From a virus, in the IMG/VR virus record IMGVR_UViG_3300042375_000684: a stretch of DNA of 64,000 bases; one strand, written 5' to 3'. The notes below the pieces were generated by a model. It did no database searches. It was not told where the DNA came from and saw only the letters and a program-made list of their open reading frames with translations. Of this stretch, positions 8,381 to 18,687 are shown one piece after another (position 1 is the first letter of the stretch; each line of letters opens with the position of its first letter). Made by a program: the position numbers and the translations under genes.

Positions 8381-8443
8381 AATTAAAATCAACTATTCAT
8401 TCTTTTTGCATTAATAATGCAAATATAGCGCAGTGAGGACTTA

Positions 8444-10156
8444 ATGCACATACAATTCAATAAAGTTAGATATAAAAATATTATGTCTGTCGGAAATCAA
8501 TTCATAGAAATTGATTTGGTTAGATCTAAAACAACTCTCATTAGTGGTGCAAATGGAACCTCAAAGTCAACTTTCATCGAAGCTGTTGTTTTTGCCCTCT
8601 ATGGAAGGCCATTTAGAAAAATTAACAAGCCACAATTAGTCAATAGTATTAATCAAAAAGAGTTACTTGTTGAACTTGAATTTTCCATTGCAGCAGATAA
8701 GTATCTAATCAGACGCGGAATGAAACCAAATATATTTGAAATTTGGAAAAATAATGATCTTGTAAATAAAGATGCAGCAACAAGAGACTATCAAGAATAT
8801 TTGGAACAGAATATTATCAAGATGAGTTTCAAGTCATTCTCTCAAATTGTTATCCTTGGAAGCGCAACATATGTTCCTTTCATGGAACTTCCAGCCGGTC
8901 AGAGAAGAGAAATCATCGAGGATCTTTTGGATATCCAGGTATTCAGCACAATGAATATTCTATTGAAAGAGAAAATTGCCGATAATAAGACAAATATCAT
9001 GGACAATAATTATTCTATTGATCTTTTGAAAACCAAAATTGAATCTGCAAAAGAACATAATGAGGAAATTCAACGGATCAAAGAAACAGAAGTTGAAAAG
9101 ATCAAAGGTAAAATTGAAGAAAATCTGAATACAATAGAGGTTGAAAAACAAGTAATTGAAACACTGGAAACTGAAATTACTGAACTATCATTATTGATTA
9201 CAGATAAAGCAAAACAGAAGAAAACTTTAGAACAAGCTAAAAATCTTCTATATGAACTAACATCAAAGTATAAAACACACATTGATGAAATTTCATTTTA
9301 TTCAAATCACGATAATTGCCCAACTTGTAAACAAGGTATTGAACATCTATTCAAAGAACATATTGTATCGGAGAAATCAGATAAAAATACAGAGTTACTT
9401 GGTGGGATTGACAAACTAAAGACTCGTATAGAAACTGTTGAAACTCGTTTGTCTGAAATTTCCGATGTTGAAGATAAAATTCAAAAACAACACAATACAG
9501 CAAATGGGCATCGGGTTCAAGTAAAGATTATGATCAATCAGTTAAAATCATTCAAGAAAGAACTTGAAGGTGCTGAACGAGAAGTAGAAGAAATTGACCA
9601 AACAAAGATACTTGAGTTTATGAATGACCTGAAAAAGAAACAAGAAGAACAGACGGAACTATACGAGAACCGTGAAACTCTCGGTATTGTTGGAACAATG
9701 TTAAAAGATGGTGGAATCAAGACGAGTATCATAAAAACATATATTCCTATCATGAATAAATTGATTAATCAGTTTCTATCAGAGTTCGAACTTTTTGTTG
9801 ATTTTAACCTGGATGAAAACTTTAATGAAACTATCAAGTCACGGTTTCGCGATGCATTCTCCTTTGCTTCATTCTCCGAAGGTGAAAAAATGCGCATTTC
9901 ACTCAGCATCATGTTTACATGGAGAGCTATTGCCAAACTAAGAAACTCAGTGTCAACAAATCTACTTATCATGGATGAAACACTTGATGGCCCATCTGAT
10001 GCTGATGGTGTTGAATCATTGATTGATATTCTCCACAAGATGAACGGAAATGACAACATCTTTATCATCTCACACAGAGGTCAACAATTCTCCGAAAAGT
10101 TCGATGATCACATTCGGTTTGAAAAGGTGAAAAACTTCACGCAAATTGCAGCTTGA
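8444..10156 (+). CDS. gp46: recombination ATPase subunit gp46 (Rad50/SbcC-like)
   Basis: Walker A GANGTSKST, zinc hook CPTC, signature FSEGEKMR, Walker B LIMDE. Confidence 0.95.
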   Translation: MHIQFNKVRYKNIMSVGNQFIEIDLVRSKTTLISGANGTSKSTFIEAVVFALYGRPFRKINKPQLVNSINQKELLVELEFSIAADKYLIRRGMKPNIFEIWKNNDLVNKDAATRDYQEYLEQNIIKMSFKSFSQIVILGSATYVPFMELPAGQRREIIEDLLDIQVFSTMNILLKEKIADNKTNIMDNNYSIDLLKTKIESAKEHNEEIQRIKETEVEKIKGKIEENLNTIEVEKQVIETLETEITELSLLITDKAKQKKTLEQAKNLLYELTSKYKTHIDEISFYSNHDNCPTCKQGIEHLFKEHIVSEKSDKNTELLGGIDKLKTRIETVETRLSEISDVEDKIQKQHNTANGHRVQVKIMINQLKSFKKELEGAEREVEEIDQTKILEFMNDLKKKQEEQTELYENRETLGIVGTMLKDGGIKTSIIKTYIPIMNKLINQFLSEFELFVDFNLDENFNETIKSRFRDAFSFASFSEGEKMRISLSIMFTWRAIAKLRNSVSTNLLIMDETLDGPSDADGVESLIDILHKMNGNDNIFIISHRGQQFSEKFDDHIRFEKVKNFTQIAA

Positions 10157-10158
10157 TG

Positions 10159-10187
10159 TTGACAAATTTATCACCTTGTGATAAGAT
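10159..10187 (+). promoter_or_regulatory. sigma70-type promoter for gp43
   Basis: TTGACA-17 nt-TAAGAT with an extended TG. Confidence 0.7.
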
Positions 10188-10218
10188 AAACCAAATACAT
10201 TATAATTAAGAGGTACTT

Positions 10219-12756
10219 ATGTCTTCATTCTATACATCTGTTGAACGCAGCGGTAACATGATTTTATGGCGGGGCTATGAAAATAACCGCCGCTTTTCTC
10301 GTAAGATTAAATATGAACCATCGTTGTTTATTCCAACTAAAGAGGACACGAAATATAAATCTTTGGTCGGAGACCATTCTATAAAACCAAAACAGTTTGA
10401 TACTATGAATGATGCAAAAGATTATGTTGAACGATATAAAGAGGTATCAAACTTTCAGGTTTATGGTAATACAAACTTTGTTCAACAATTCATTCAGGAA
10501 AAATATCCGAGTGAAATTGACTTTGACATGAACCAGATCAATATCTTTTCGTTTGACATAGAAGTTGATATTTCCAAAAAACTTCCAGACATGGAAACTG
10601 CTGATAATGAAATCACTTCTATTGCTATTAAATCATCTAAATCAGATACATATCATCTTCTTGGCCGTAAAGGCTATGACAAGACCAAGACACTGTCTGG
10701 TATTGACCCAGACAATATCCAATTCATGGAATTTGATACCGAAAAGGCTCTACTGAACCGCTTCATCCAAATCTGGACAAATGACTTTCCAGATATTGTG
10801 ACCGGATGGAACGTGGAATACTTCGACATTTATTACATCATCACTCGGATCATCCGTTTGTTCGGTGAGGAAAAGGCCAAAGAACTTTCACCCTGGGGCT
10901 ACATCCGAAAAGTCACAACTGAAATCTTCAATCGTAATCAATCAACATACAATATCTCTGGTGTCAATATCATTGACTATATGGATGCATTCAAGAAGTT
11001 CGGTTACAAATATGGCACACAAGAGACATACAAACTAGATCATATTGCACACGTTGTTCTCGGCAAAAAGAAACTTGATTACTCTCACTATGGTTCATTG
11101 ACCGAACTATACAATCAAAACCCACAACTTTACCTTGACTATAACCTAATCGACACTCAACTTATCCAGTTGATGGAAGACGAAACGGCACTCCTTGCTC
11201 TTGTTTTGACTGTTGCATATGGTGGTGGTGTCAACTATTCCGACGCATTCGGAACCGTTGGTATCTGGGAATCAATCCTTTATCGTAAACTAATGACCAA
11301 AAACTTGGTCCCACCCGTTAAATCAGGTCCAGGTGAAAAACTTGGTGAACTTGTTGGTGGTTATGTAAAGGACCCTGACACTGGTCTGAAAGAATGGATC
11401 GTATCTTTCGACCTTAACTCACTGTATCCTCACCTGATGCTCCAATACAACATGTCACCTGAAACTTATATTCCGGACCAACGTGAATATATTTCACAGG
11501 AAATGGTTCTAAATAATGAATATAGGAATGCAAATCCAGATTATTCGGTCTGTGCAAATGGTGTATGTTTTACCAATAAGAAACTTGGCATCATTCCAGA
11601 AATCATTCAAGAATATTATAGTAATCGTAAAAAGATTAAAACCGAAATGCTTCGTATTGAACAGCTTGAACAGGATACAAGTGATCCTGTAAAGAAAAAA
11701 GAATACAAGAAGCAAATAACACAATTACATAATGCGCAAATGGCTATTAAAATTGCTATGAACAGCTTGTATGGTGCAACCGCTAATCGTTACTTCCTAT
11801 ACTATATCTCTGAAATGGCCGAGGCTATCACAACATCTGGTCAACTTTCAATTCGGTATTCACAGAAATCTATAAATGATTATTTAAATTCTGTTTTGAA
11901 AACTGATAATAAAGATTACGTCTCATATGTTGACACTGACTCTAACTATGTGAATATGGCCCCACTTGTTGAAAAGATATTTGGAACTACAAAGATTACA
12001 CGTGAACAAGGTGAAAAGTTCCTTGATGCAGTTTCAAAGGAAAAACTAGAACCTGCCATCCAAGAGGGTTATGAAAAACTTGCATGGATGATGGGTGCAT
12101 ACCGTAATGCAATGTCCATGAAACGTGAAAAGATTACGGACAAGACTATCTTTATTGCCAAGAAGCGCTATATCATGAATGTTTTAAACTCTGAAGGCGT
12201 TCACTATGCAAAACCAAAAATTGCAGTTACAGGTGTTGAATCTGTTCGGTCTTCTACTCCAGAAGTCTGCCGAAATAAAATGGAAGATGCATTCAAAGTG
12301 TTCTTGAACGGAACCGAAACTGATGCACAGGATTTTATTGAAGGTTTCCGTCGTGAATTTTCATCACTTCCCGCCGCAGAAGTTGCTAAGACATCTGGAA
12401 CCGATGATATCGGCAAATTCATGGACAAGCAAGGTTGGTATACAAAAGGTTGTCCAATTCACGTCCGAGGCGCGATACTTTACAATAAGTATCTTTCCGA
12501 TAAAGATCTAAATAACAAATATGAAACAATCAGATCAGGTGATAAAGTAAAATTTGTTTATTTGAAACTTCCCAACCCCGTCCGTGAAAATGTGATTGCA
12601 TTTCCTGGATATCTTCCAACTGAACTCGGTATTGACCGATATGTGGATTATGACACACAATTCGATAAGGTATTCTTGAAACCTCTCGAAATCGTGCTGC
12701 ATGCAATGGGTTGGACTTCCAAAAAAGTTGACACGCTTGAAAGTTTTTTTGGTTGA
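10219..12756 (+). CDS. gp43: family B DNA polymerase gp43
   Basis: Exonuclease motifs FDIEV, GWNVEYFD and YNLID; polymerase motifs SFDLNSLYP, KIAMNSLYG and YVDTDS; unsplit, no intein. Confidence 0.97.
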   Translation: MSSFYTSVERSGNMILWRGYENNRRFSRKIKYEPSLFIPTKEDTKYKSLVGDHSIKPKQFDTMNDAKDYVERYKEVSNFQVYGNTNFVQQFIQEKYPSEIDFDMNQINIFSFDIEVDISKKLPDMETADNEITSIAIKSSKSDTYHLLGRKGYDKTKTLSGIDPDNIQFMEFDTEKALLNRFIQIWTNDFPDIVTGWNVEYFDIYYIITRIIRLFGEEKAKELSPWGYIRKVTTEIFNRNQSTYNISGVNIIDYMDAFKKFGYKYGTQETYKLDHIAHVVLGKKKLDYSHYGSLTELYNQNPQLYLDYNLIDTQLIQLMEDETALLALVLTVAYGGGVNYSDAFGTVGIWESILYRKLMTKNLVPPVKSGPGEKLGELVGGYVKDPDTGLKEWIVSFDLNSLYPHLMLQYNMSPETYIPDQREYISQEMVLNNEYRNANPDYSVCANGVCFTNKKLGIIPEIIQEYYSNRKKIKTEMLRIEQLEQDTSDPVKKKEYKKQITQLHNAQMAIKIAMNSLYGATANRYFLYYISEMAEAITTSGQLSIRYSQKSINDYLNSVLKTDNKDYVSYVDTDSNYVNMAPLVEKIFGTTKITREQGEKFLDAVSKEKLEPAIQEGYEKLAWMMGAYRNAMSMKREKITDKTIFIAKKRYIMNVLNSEGVHYAKPKIAVTGVESVRSSTPEVCRNKMEDAFKVFLNGTETDAQDFIEGFRREFSSLPAAEVAKTSGTDDIGKFMDKQGWYTKGCPIHVRGAILYNKYLSDKDLNNKYETIRSGDKVKFVYLKLPNPVRENVIAFPGYLPTELGIDRYVDYDTQFDKVFLKPLEIVLHAMGWTSKKVDTLESFFG

Positions 12757-12780
12757 CATATGCATAACTTGTGTTAAAGT
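12753..12780 (+). promoter_or_regulatory. sigma70-type promoter heading the glycosylation island
   Basis: TTGACA-16 nt-TAAAGT with an extended TG. Confidence 0.6.
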
Positions 12781-12811
12781 TATCTAAATAGATTTATTTT
12801 AGGAGTAAAGT

Positions 12812-13129
12812 ATGAAAGAACAAGTCAGGGATACTTCAAAAGACTATGATGATATGGTCGATTATGTAGCCGAAGAAAATATCAATAAAGGATCATTAAA
12901 TGAGTTTCTTGGTGAAACACCAAAAGAATATAAACCAGAAGTCAAGAAAAAAGAACGTGATAATGAATTTCCAGAAGATTGGCAGAGACTAATGGTAAAC
13001 TTTCATTCCGAAAAAGACTATATTGAGTTTATGAACAAAATCGGAAGTAAACCTGTTCCGAAATTAAAGGGGTTTATCTATGAAACACCAGGTGAAAAAT
13101 CAGCATTTTCTGACTTCTTTGGAGATTAA
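12812..13129 (+). CDS. TAGT-associated small protein A
   Basis: Core WQRLMVNFHSEKDYIEFMNKIGSK is paralogous to the next ORF; directly upstream of the TAGT gene. Confidence 0.7.
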   Translation: MKEQVRDTSKDYDDMVDYVAEENINKGSLNEFLGETPKEYKPEVKKKERDNEFPEDWQRLMVNFHSEKDYIEFMNKIGSKPVPKLKGFIYETPGEKSAFSDFFGD

Positions 13130-13131
13130 AT

Positions 13132-13455
13132 ATGAGCACATTAATTGAAATTAATACAGTAGAAGAATTACAAAATCACTGGCGCGATCATTATCTTCAA
13201 TGGTGGGCTGCAGGCATGCCGAGTTTTAGACAACCATCCAAAGACCCGTGGAAACAAATTGTAATTAAATTTAAGAATAAAGAAGATCGTGAACATTTTG
13301 GACAATTATTCGGATACAAATTGACAGATCGAACTGATGTGGTATCATATCCAGATAGACCGCGCGATCCAAATATGATGAGTCGATATGTTGAAGAAGG
13401 ATATGAACAAGATAAAATTGAAGGAATTAGTGAAGATGACGACACAGATGAATGA
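13132..13455 (+). CDS. TAGT-associated small protein B
   Basis: WWAAGMPSFRQ...WKQIVIKFKNKEDREHFGQLFGYKLTDRT..VSYP, a pattern I recall next to phage TAGT genes. Confidence 0.7.
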   Translation: MSTLIEINTVEELQNHWRDHYLQWWAAGMPSFRQPSKDPWKQIVIKFKNKEDREHFGQLFGYKLTDRTDVVSYPDRPRDPNMMSRYVEEGYEQDKIEGISEDDDTDE

Positions 13456-14392
13456 TAATCCTCGATACCCCATCTATGTGATATCGAAAGGCCGCTGGGA
13501 ATCAAGACACACAGCAAGAACTCTGGACAAGATGGGTGTTCCGTATTATCTTGCTGTTGAACCACAAGAATATGATAACTATGTAAATGCAGTGGGCAAA
13601 GAAAAAGTTTTGGCTCTACCTTTCAGCAACCATGGGCTAGGTTCTGGACCTGCTAGAAATTGGTGTTGGGAACATTCAAAGGCAACTGGTTTCAAGCGGC
13701 ATTGGCTTATGGATGATAATATGCTCGACTTCTATCGTCTACATAATAACAAGCGTTACCGCGTAGATAAAGGTTCCGCAATTTTCCGTGCCGCAGAAGA
13801 TTTTGTTGATCGGTTTGAAAATATTGCACTTTCAGGTTTTCAATACAAATTCTTTGCAATTGATGATTGTGCATACCCTCCATATATTTTAAATACACGC
13901 ATAATGTCTTGTTTCCTTATTGATAATGACTGCCCTGTAATGTGGCGCGGTAAGTATAATGAAGACGTTGATCTTTCAATTAGAGTTTTGAAAGAAGGTC
14001 TTTGCACTATGTTATTCTATTCGTTCCTTTGTGGGAAACTCCGGACTGGTACGGTTAAAGGTGGTAATACTACCGAAATCTATAACAACTATCAGGAAGA
14101 TGCATCATATAATAAGTCCAAGATGCTTTATGAAATGCATCCAGACTGTGTTGAACTTGTAGAAAAATATGGTAGAGCACACCACCATGTAAACCTTGAT
14201 AAAATCATAAATAAGTTCGGCCAACCTGCTAGACAAAATGTTCCAATCTTGAAAAAAGATGTTGACATAGTCAATAAAGTAGATAATTATGGTATGGAAT
14301 TATACCGTAACTATGGGTCAAATAACACATTTTCAGATCCTACATTCAGTTTAAATGAATACCCCAAGGGGAGACTTTCTAATCATGCATAA
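13448..14392 (+). CDS. TAGT/GREB1-like GT-A glycosyltransferase (JGT-related)
   Basis: [31 protein letters not shown] and [11 protein letters not shown]...GGNT. Confidence 0.82.
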   Translation: MNDNPRYPIYVISKGRWESRHTARTLDKMGVPYYLAVEPQEYDNYVNAVGKEKVLALPFSNHGLGSGPARNWCWEHSKATGFKRHWLMDDNMLDFYRLHNNKRYRVDKGSAIFRAAEDFVDRFENIALSGFQYKFFAIDDCAYPPYILNTRIMSCFLIDNDCPVMWRGKYNEDVDLSIRVLKEGLCTMLFYSFLCGKLRTGTVKGGNTTEIYNNYQEDASYNKSKMLYEMHPDCVELVEKYGRAHHHVNLDKIINKFGQPARQNVPILKKDVDIVNKVDNYGMELYRNYGSNNTFSDPTFSLNEYPKGRLSNHA

Positions 14393-15242
14393 TATTCTTG
14401 TCACAGGTGGTGCTGGTTTTGTCGGCAGCCACCTGTGTGAACGTCTTGTATCACTGGGGCATAATGTTACATCACTTGATAATTATTTTACTGGCTCAAG
14501 TGATAATCATATTTCGGGTGTAACTTATATTAACGGAAGTACTGAAGATATACTGTCTTTACTTTACAGTGAAACTTTTGAATATGTTTATCACCTTGGT
14601 GAATATTCACGAGTAGAACAATCATTTGATGATATGGAACTTGTATGGAATTTTAATAAAGTAGGAACATATGAAGTTCTTAAATATGTAAAACAATGTA
14701 ATGCAAAATTAATTTATGCTGGTTCATCAACCAAATTTGCAAAAGTTGATGTTATAAGTCCATATCAATGGTCGAAAGCATCCAATACAGATTTTGTAAA
14801 TCAATATTGTTCATGGCATTCTATTGACTATGCTATTACGTATTTCTATAATGTTTATGGTAAACGTGAAATCAAAGACGGAAAATATGCTACACTTATT
14901 GCTAAATACAAGTCATTAATGAAACAAGGCAAAAAACTTCCTATTGTAATGCCAGGTATCCAACAGAGAAATTTTACACACATTGATGATATTGTCGATG
15001 CTTTAATTCTTGTTGGTTTCGGTGGACAAGGCGACGAATACGGTATTGGAAATCCAAATTCGTATTCAATTCAAGAAGTTGCCGAAATGTTTGGTGGTGA
15101 AATTGAATATTTACCAGAACGAAAAGGTAATCGCCTAAGTGCAGAGGTTAAGAGTGAAAAAACTATAGAATTGGGGTGGAAACCTCAGAAAGAATTAACT
15201 AAATATATCGAATTGTTAAAATATAATGGATGGTGTGACTAA
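14385..15242 (+). CDS. NAD-dependent NDP-sugar epimerase/dehydratase (extended SDR)
   Basis: [14 protein letters not shown], catalytic YQWSK, YNVYG and RNFTHIDD. Confidence 0.9.
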   Translation: MHNILVTGGAGFVGSHLCERLVSLGHNVTSLDNYFTGSSDNHISGVTYINGSTEDILSLLYSETFEYVYHLGEYSRVEQSFDDMELVWNFNKVGTYEVLKYVKQCNAKLIYAGSSTKFAKVDVISPYQWSKASNTDFVNQYCSWHSIDYAITYFYNVYGKREIKDGKYATLIAKYKSLMKQGKKLPIVMPGIQQRNFTHIDDIVDALILVGFGGQGDEYGIGNPNSYSIQEVAEMFGGEIEYLPERKGNRLSAEVKSEKTIELGWKPQKELTKYIELLKYNGWCD

Positions 15243-15243
15243 T

Positions 15244-16089
15244 ATGAAAAAGTTAAGAATGGCTATTGTGGGGCACGGGTTTGTCGGTGCAGCAGTAGAT
15301 TATGGGTTTCCGAATGGTAACTGTAATAAAACAATCATTGATCCGAAATATGGAACTCAAGTCTCTGATTTAATGGAATCTGATGTTGAAGTGTCATTTG
15401 TTTGTGTTCCAACTCCGATGGGGCAAGATGCAAGCATTGATGCTTCAATTCTAGTTTCTACTGTAACTGATTTGCTTGCATACACGTCTGGTATGATTGT
15501 GATTAAATCAACAGTCATTCCGAGTATTGTCGGTGAACTTGCAAAAGATCCAAGAGTCATTTACAATCCAGAATTTTTGACCGAAAAGTCTGCAAATGAA
15601 GATTTTGTCAATCCGATCATGCACGTGTTCGGTGGAGATTCTGAACAAACAGAAAAACTTGAAAAGATCTACACTAGATATAGTGCATGTAAACCATGTG
15701 CTGTTTACCACATGACCGCCGAAGAAGCAAGTTTTGTCAAATATGGTATGAATTCATTTTTAATGACAAAGGTATTATTTTTCAACCAACTTTTTGATTT
15801 AATTGAAAAGAACGGTTCTAATTTTAGTATTATACAAAAGGCAATCACTACGGATCCTAGGATAGGCAGTTCACATACTATGGTACCTGGACATGACGGT
15901 CGCAAAGGTGCCGCGGGGGCATGTTTTGCAAAAGACGGACCTGCATTTGTTATGTATGCAAAAAAAGAAAAAAACCACTTTACTATATTAGAAGAAGTTA
16001 TAAGAACAAATCAAAAATATAGAAATTCTTATGGTGAGCCTCTACCAAGAGAGAAAGAACAACATATTAATTTCAATTATGATATCTGA
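15244..16089 (+). CDS. UDP-glucose/GDP-mannose 6-dehydrogenase family protein (short form)
   Basis: GHGFVG, FVCVPTP, IKSTV, YNPEFL, AEEASFVKY..NSF and catalytic GACFAKD; appears to lack the usual C-terminal domain. Confidence 0.9.
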   Translation: MKKLRMAIVGHGFVGAAVDYGFPNGNCNKTIIDPKYGTQVSDLMESDVEVSFVCVPTPMGQDASIDASILVSTVTDLLAYTSGMIVIKSTVIPSIVGELAKDPRVIYNPEFLTEKSANEDFVNPIMHVFGGDSEQTEKLEKIYTRYSACKPCAVYHMTAEEASFVKYGMNSFLMTKVLFFNQLFDLIEKNGSNFSIIQKAITTDPRIGSSHTMVPGHDGRKGAAGACFAKDGPAFVMYAKKEKNHFTILEEVIRTNQKYRNSYGEPLPREKEQHINFNYDI

Positions 16090-17111
16090 TCTTTCGCAAT
16101 TACGGAAAAACCTATTTCTCTATAGGTTTTTCCCACTATATTATTAAAAAAATTAGTTTGCAAGAAAATACTATTCCTATAAACTCTCAATGATATTTTT
16201 CTATCACATTTTATGCACCATGTTTTCATTTTTTCACGAGAAATACCCATATCTATTAAACTTGATGCAGAATCAAATATTCCTATGGGTGTTGAATAAA
16301 AATACTTATGTTTATGATGATTTATCCCAGACATTTTTTCGGAAATTTTATCTTTAGTTTCATTTGATACTATTTTTCCTTTCTGTGATTTAGACATTTT
16401 TTCTCTAGTTTCATCAGACCTTTTTAGACCAAGTTGCCCCTTTCCTATATTTTCTTTATGAGTTTCCGAAAGTAATCTGCCTGTTAATGCTTTCCTAACT
16501 TTTTCTGTGTGCTCACTGCTTTTCTTTTTACCTCGTAAACCAGAGGATATATTATTTTTATGAGCTGTTGTTTTGCGTACTCCTTTACTTGTATTTGAAA
16601 TTTTGTGTTTATGATCATCCTTTAATGATATACCTTTTAAAATTGGAATATAATTGCCGTTTAGATAATTGTGATCGTCTATATTTGATTTAAAATATAT
16701 CTCTGGATTATTTTTGTCATATACAACAACTTTATTTTTGTTTCTTTTAGAAATATTTGTTACTGCTTCTACTCTAAGTTTATCGTAAATTCTGGAGTTC
16801 ATAAATGTTTTTCTCCTGCATTTCATACCCCATATTGCATCTACACAAGAATAACTTTTTGGATAAGCTTTCCAAAGTAATAAGTGTGCAATAAAATGTT
16901 GGCGATGTGTTAAAAATGCTTTATTCCAAGGATAAATTAAAAATGATTTATATTCTGGAAACATGTCATTTGCTTTCGGGCAAATATGGTGTTTTTCAAT
17001 ATTACCATTATAATTAGTATTTTTAAGTTGACATTTTTGAATAAATGTTATATACTTATTCAAATAATGTGAATTGTGCGGCTTACTTGCCAAAATGGAA
17101 TAAATATCCAT
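16077..17111 (-). mobile_element. free-standing HNH homing endonuclease with NUMOD3 repeats
   Basis: EKHHICPK...LTHRQHFIAHLLLWK HNH-type core; tandem H..KIS...G / ETREKMSKSQKG NUMOD3-like repeats; inverted relative to the operon; very AT-rich. Confidence 0.85.
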
Positions 17112-17176
17112 GCTGCGTTCCTTTTAAAATTATCAACGTAGAGTAGATGGGACTGGTACTCCGTGATCTACACTAT

Positions 17177-17184
17177 TATTTATA
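17177..17184 (-). promoter_or_regulatory. late promoter for the homing endonuclease
   Basis: TATAAATA on the minus strand ~65 nt upstream of the ATG. Confidence 0.75.
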
Positions 17185-17229
17185 AAGTTGTTTACCTAAA
17201 GACAAATATATCATGAGTGAGGTTTGACT

Positions 17230-17556
17230 ATGACATCTGAAAATTTCAATAACTTAACACCAGCAGAAACAGAACGGCTTGCTATGCTTGCCGAAGAGTG
17301 CGCAGAAGTAATCCAAGTAGTAGGAAAAATACTTCGGCATGGCTATGACAGTAGTAATCCTACAATACCGAAAGAACACGGTGTTTTTATTCCTACCAAC
17401 TTTGGTGATCTCATCAAAGAGTTAAGAGACATACAAGGTGTTATCTATGGCATGGTTCAAGCACGTGACTTGCCACGTGACTTTCTTGAAAATGAAGAAC
17501 CAGAAAATGTATGGCAAAAGAAACTAAAATGGACTCACCACCAGGATAAAAATTAA
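17230..17556 (+). CDS. MazG-like NTP pyrophosphohydrolase 1
   Basis: LAEECAEVIQ..GKILRHG...ELRD all-alpha NTP-PPase motif. Confidence 0.7.
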   Translation: MTSENFNNLTPAETERLAMLAEECAEVIQVVGKILRHGYDSSNPTIPKEHGVFIPTNFGDLIKELRDIQGVIYGMVQARDLPRDFLENEEPENVWQKKLKWTHHQDKN

Positions 17557-18047
17557 TGCCAAAAGTTAATTCAAAATGGGATGCTCGGTTCATGAAATTA
17601 GCCCGAGAAATTTCAACATGGTCTAAAGATCCAAGCTCAAAGATTGGTGCAGTCATTGTCAATGACGAGCGCAGAATACTTGCCACTGGTTACAACGGGT
17701 TTCCAAAAGGTATTGAAGATACCGAAGAGAGATTAAATGACCGTGAACAAAAGTATCCTAGAATTGTGCACGCAGAAATGAACTCATTGATGCATGCGCT
17801 ACACAGTGGTGTGTCGGTAAAAGGTGCTACAATTTATGTTTATGGACTTCCAGTCTGCCCTGAATGTACAAAATCTATAATTCAAGCTGGTATTAAAAGA
17901 GTTGTCATGTCACCAGATCCATATGTCTATATCACACCATGGACAGAAAAGTGGGATAAAGTTTCAAAACAAATGATTGTAGAAGTCGGTGACATTGGCA
18001 TTACATATACAAATTCAGATAAATTGGATTGGACAGTGAATGGCTAA
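17556..18047 (+). CDS. dCMP deaminase
   Basis: SKDPSSKIGAVI, GYNGFP, HAEMN and PVCPEC zinc ligands. Confidence 0.92.
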   Translation: MPKVNSKWDARFMKLAREISTWSKDPSSKIGAVIVNDERRILATGYNGFPKGIEDTEERLNDREQKYPRIVHAEMNSLMHALHSGVSVKGATIYVYGLPVCPECTKSIIQAGIKRVVMSPDPYVYITPWTEKWDKVSKQMIVEVGDIGITYTNSDKLDWTVNG

Positions 18048-18687
18048 AAATCTCAAAGATATATACGTCGGTGTGAAAAAAGATGATGAAAATCGGAATG
18101 AAAATGATCTTTATCCAACACCGCCAATAGCAACATATATACTTCAGAAATATGTTGATTTACCGAAGAATATTATTGAACCATGTGCTGGGCGCGGTAA
18201 TATTTCTATTGAACTAATTCGGAATGGGTTTAATGTTAAATCATTCGATATGCACGAATATCCAGATCAATTATGTTCTATTCAAACTGGACAAGATGTT
18301 TTAACTCTTCCAAAACAAGTTGATTATGATGCTTTTGTGACAAATCCACCATATTTTCAGGATTTACCTCGTAAAATAGCAGAAAAGGGTGTGTCCGAAT
18401 ATGCAGTGACCGCTTTATTTGTTCGTTTGACATATCTAGAAGGCAAAAAACGAAATAAACTATTTACAAAAAATGTTCCAAGTGATATAATTATCCTCTC
18501 GGATCGTATTAGATTTGGAGCCGGGTATCCTGAAGCTATAAATAAAAATGAGCAACTTGGCGGTATGATTGCATATATGTGGATTATTTGGGATAAACGG
18601 AAAGATAATTCATCTACAAAACTTCGTTGGGTTCTTTTAGAAGATGAATATGATGAATGGAGACAACATTATGAGGATACTAAATGA
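18040..18687 (+). CDS. DNA amino-methyltransferase (N6-adenine or N4-cytosine)
   Basis: DLYPTP, SAM motif IEPCAGRG, catalytic TNPPY. Confidence 0.8.
   Translation: MAKNLKDIYVGVKKDDENRNENDLYPTPPIATYILQKYVDLPKNIIEPCAGRGNISIELIRNGFNVKSFDMHEYPDQLCSIQTGQDVLTLPKQVDYDAFVTNPPYFQDLPRKIAEKGVSEYAVTALFVRLTYLEGKKRNKLFTKNVPSDIIILSDRIRFGAGYPEAINKNEQLGGMIAYMWIIWDKRKDNSSTKLRWVLLEDEYDEWRQHYEDTK

Noticed and set aside
11928-11945. YVDTDS instead of YGDTDS in gp43 as a sign of modified-base adaptation
   Set aside because: This position varies among family B polymerases and both catalytic aspartates are intact.
16090-17184. Homing endonuclease as an IS200/605 IscB/TnpB element
   Set aside because: No RuvC motifs or transposase, and the upstream region is too short for an omega-RNA; HNH+NUMOD3 fits a free-standing phage homing endonuclease.
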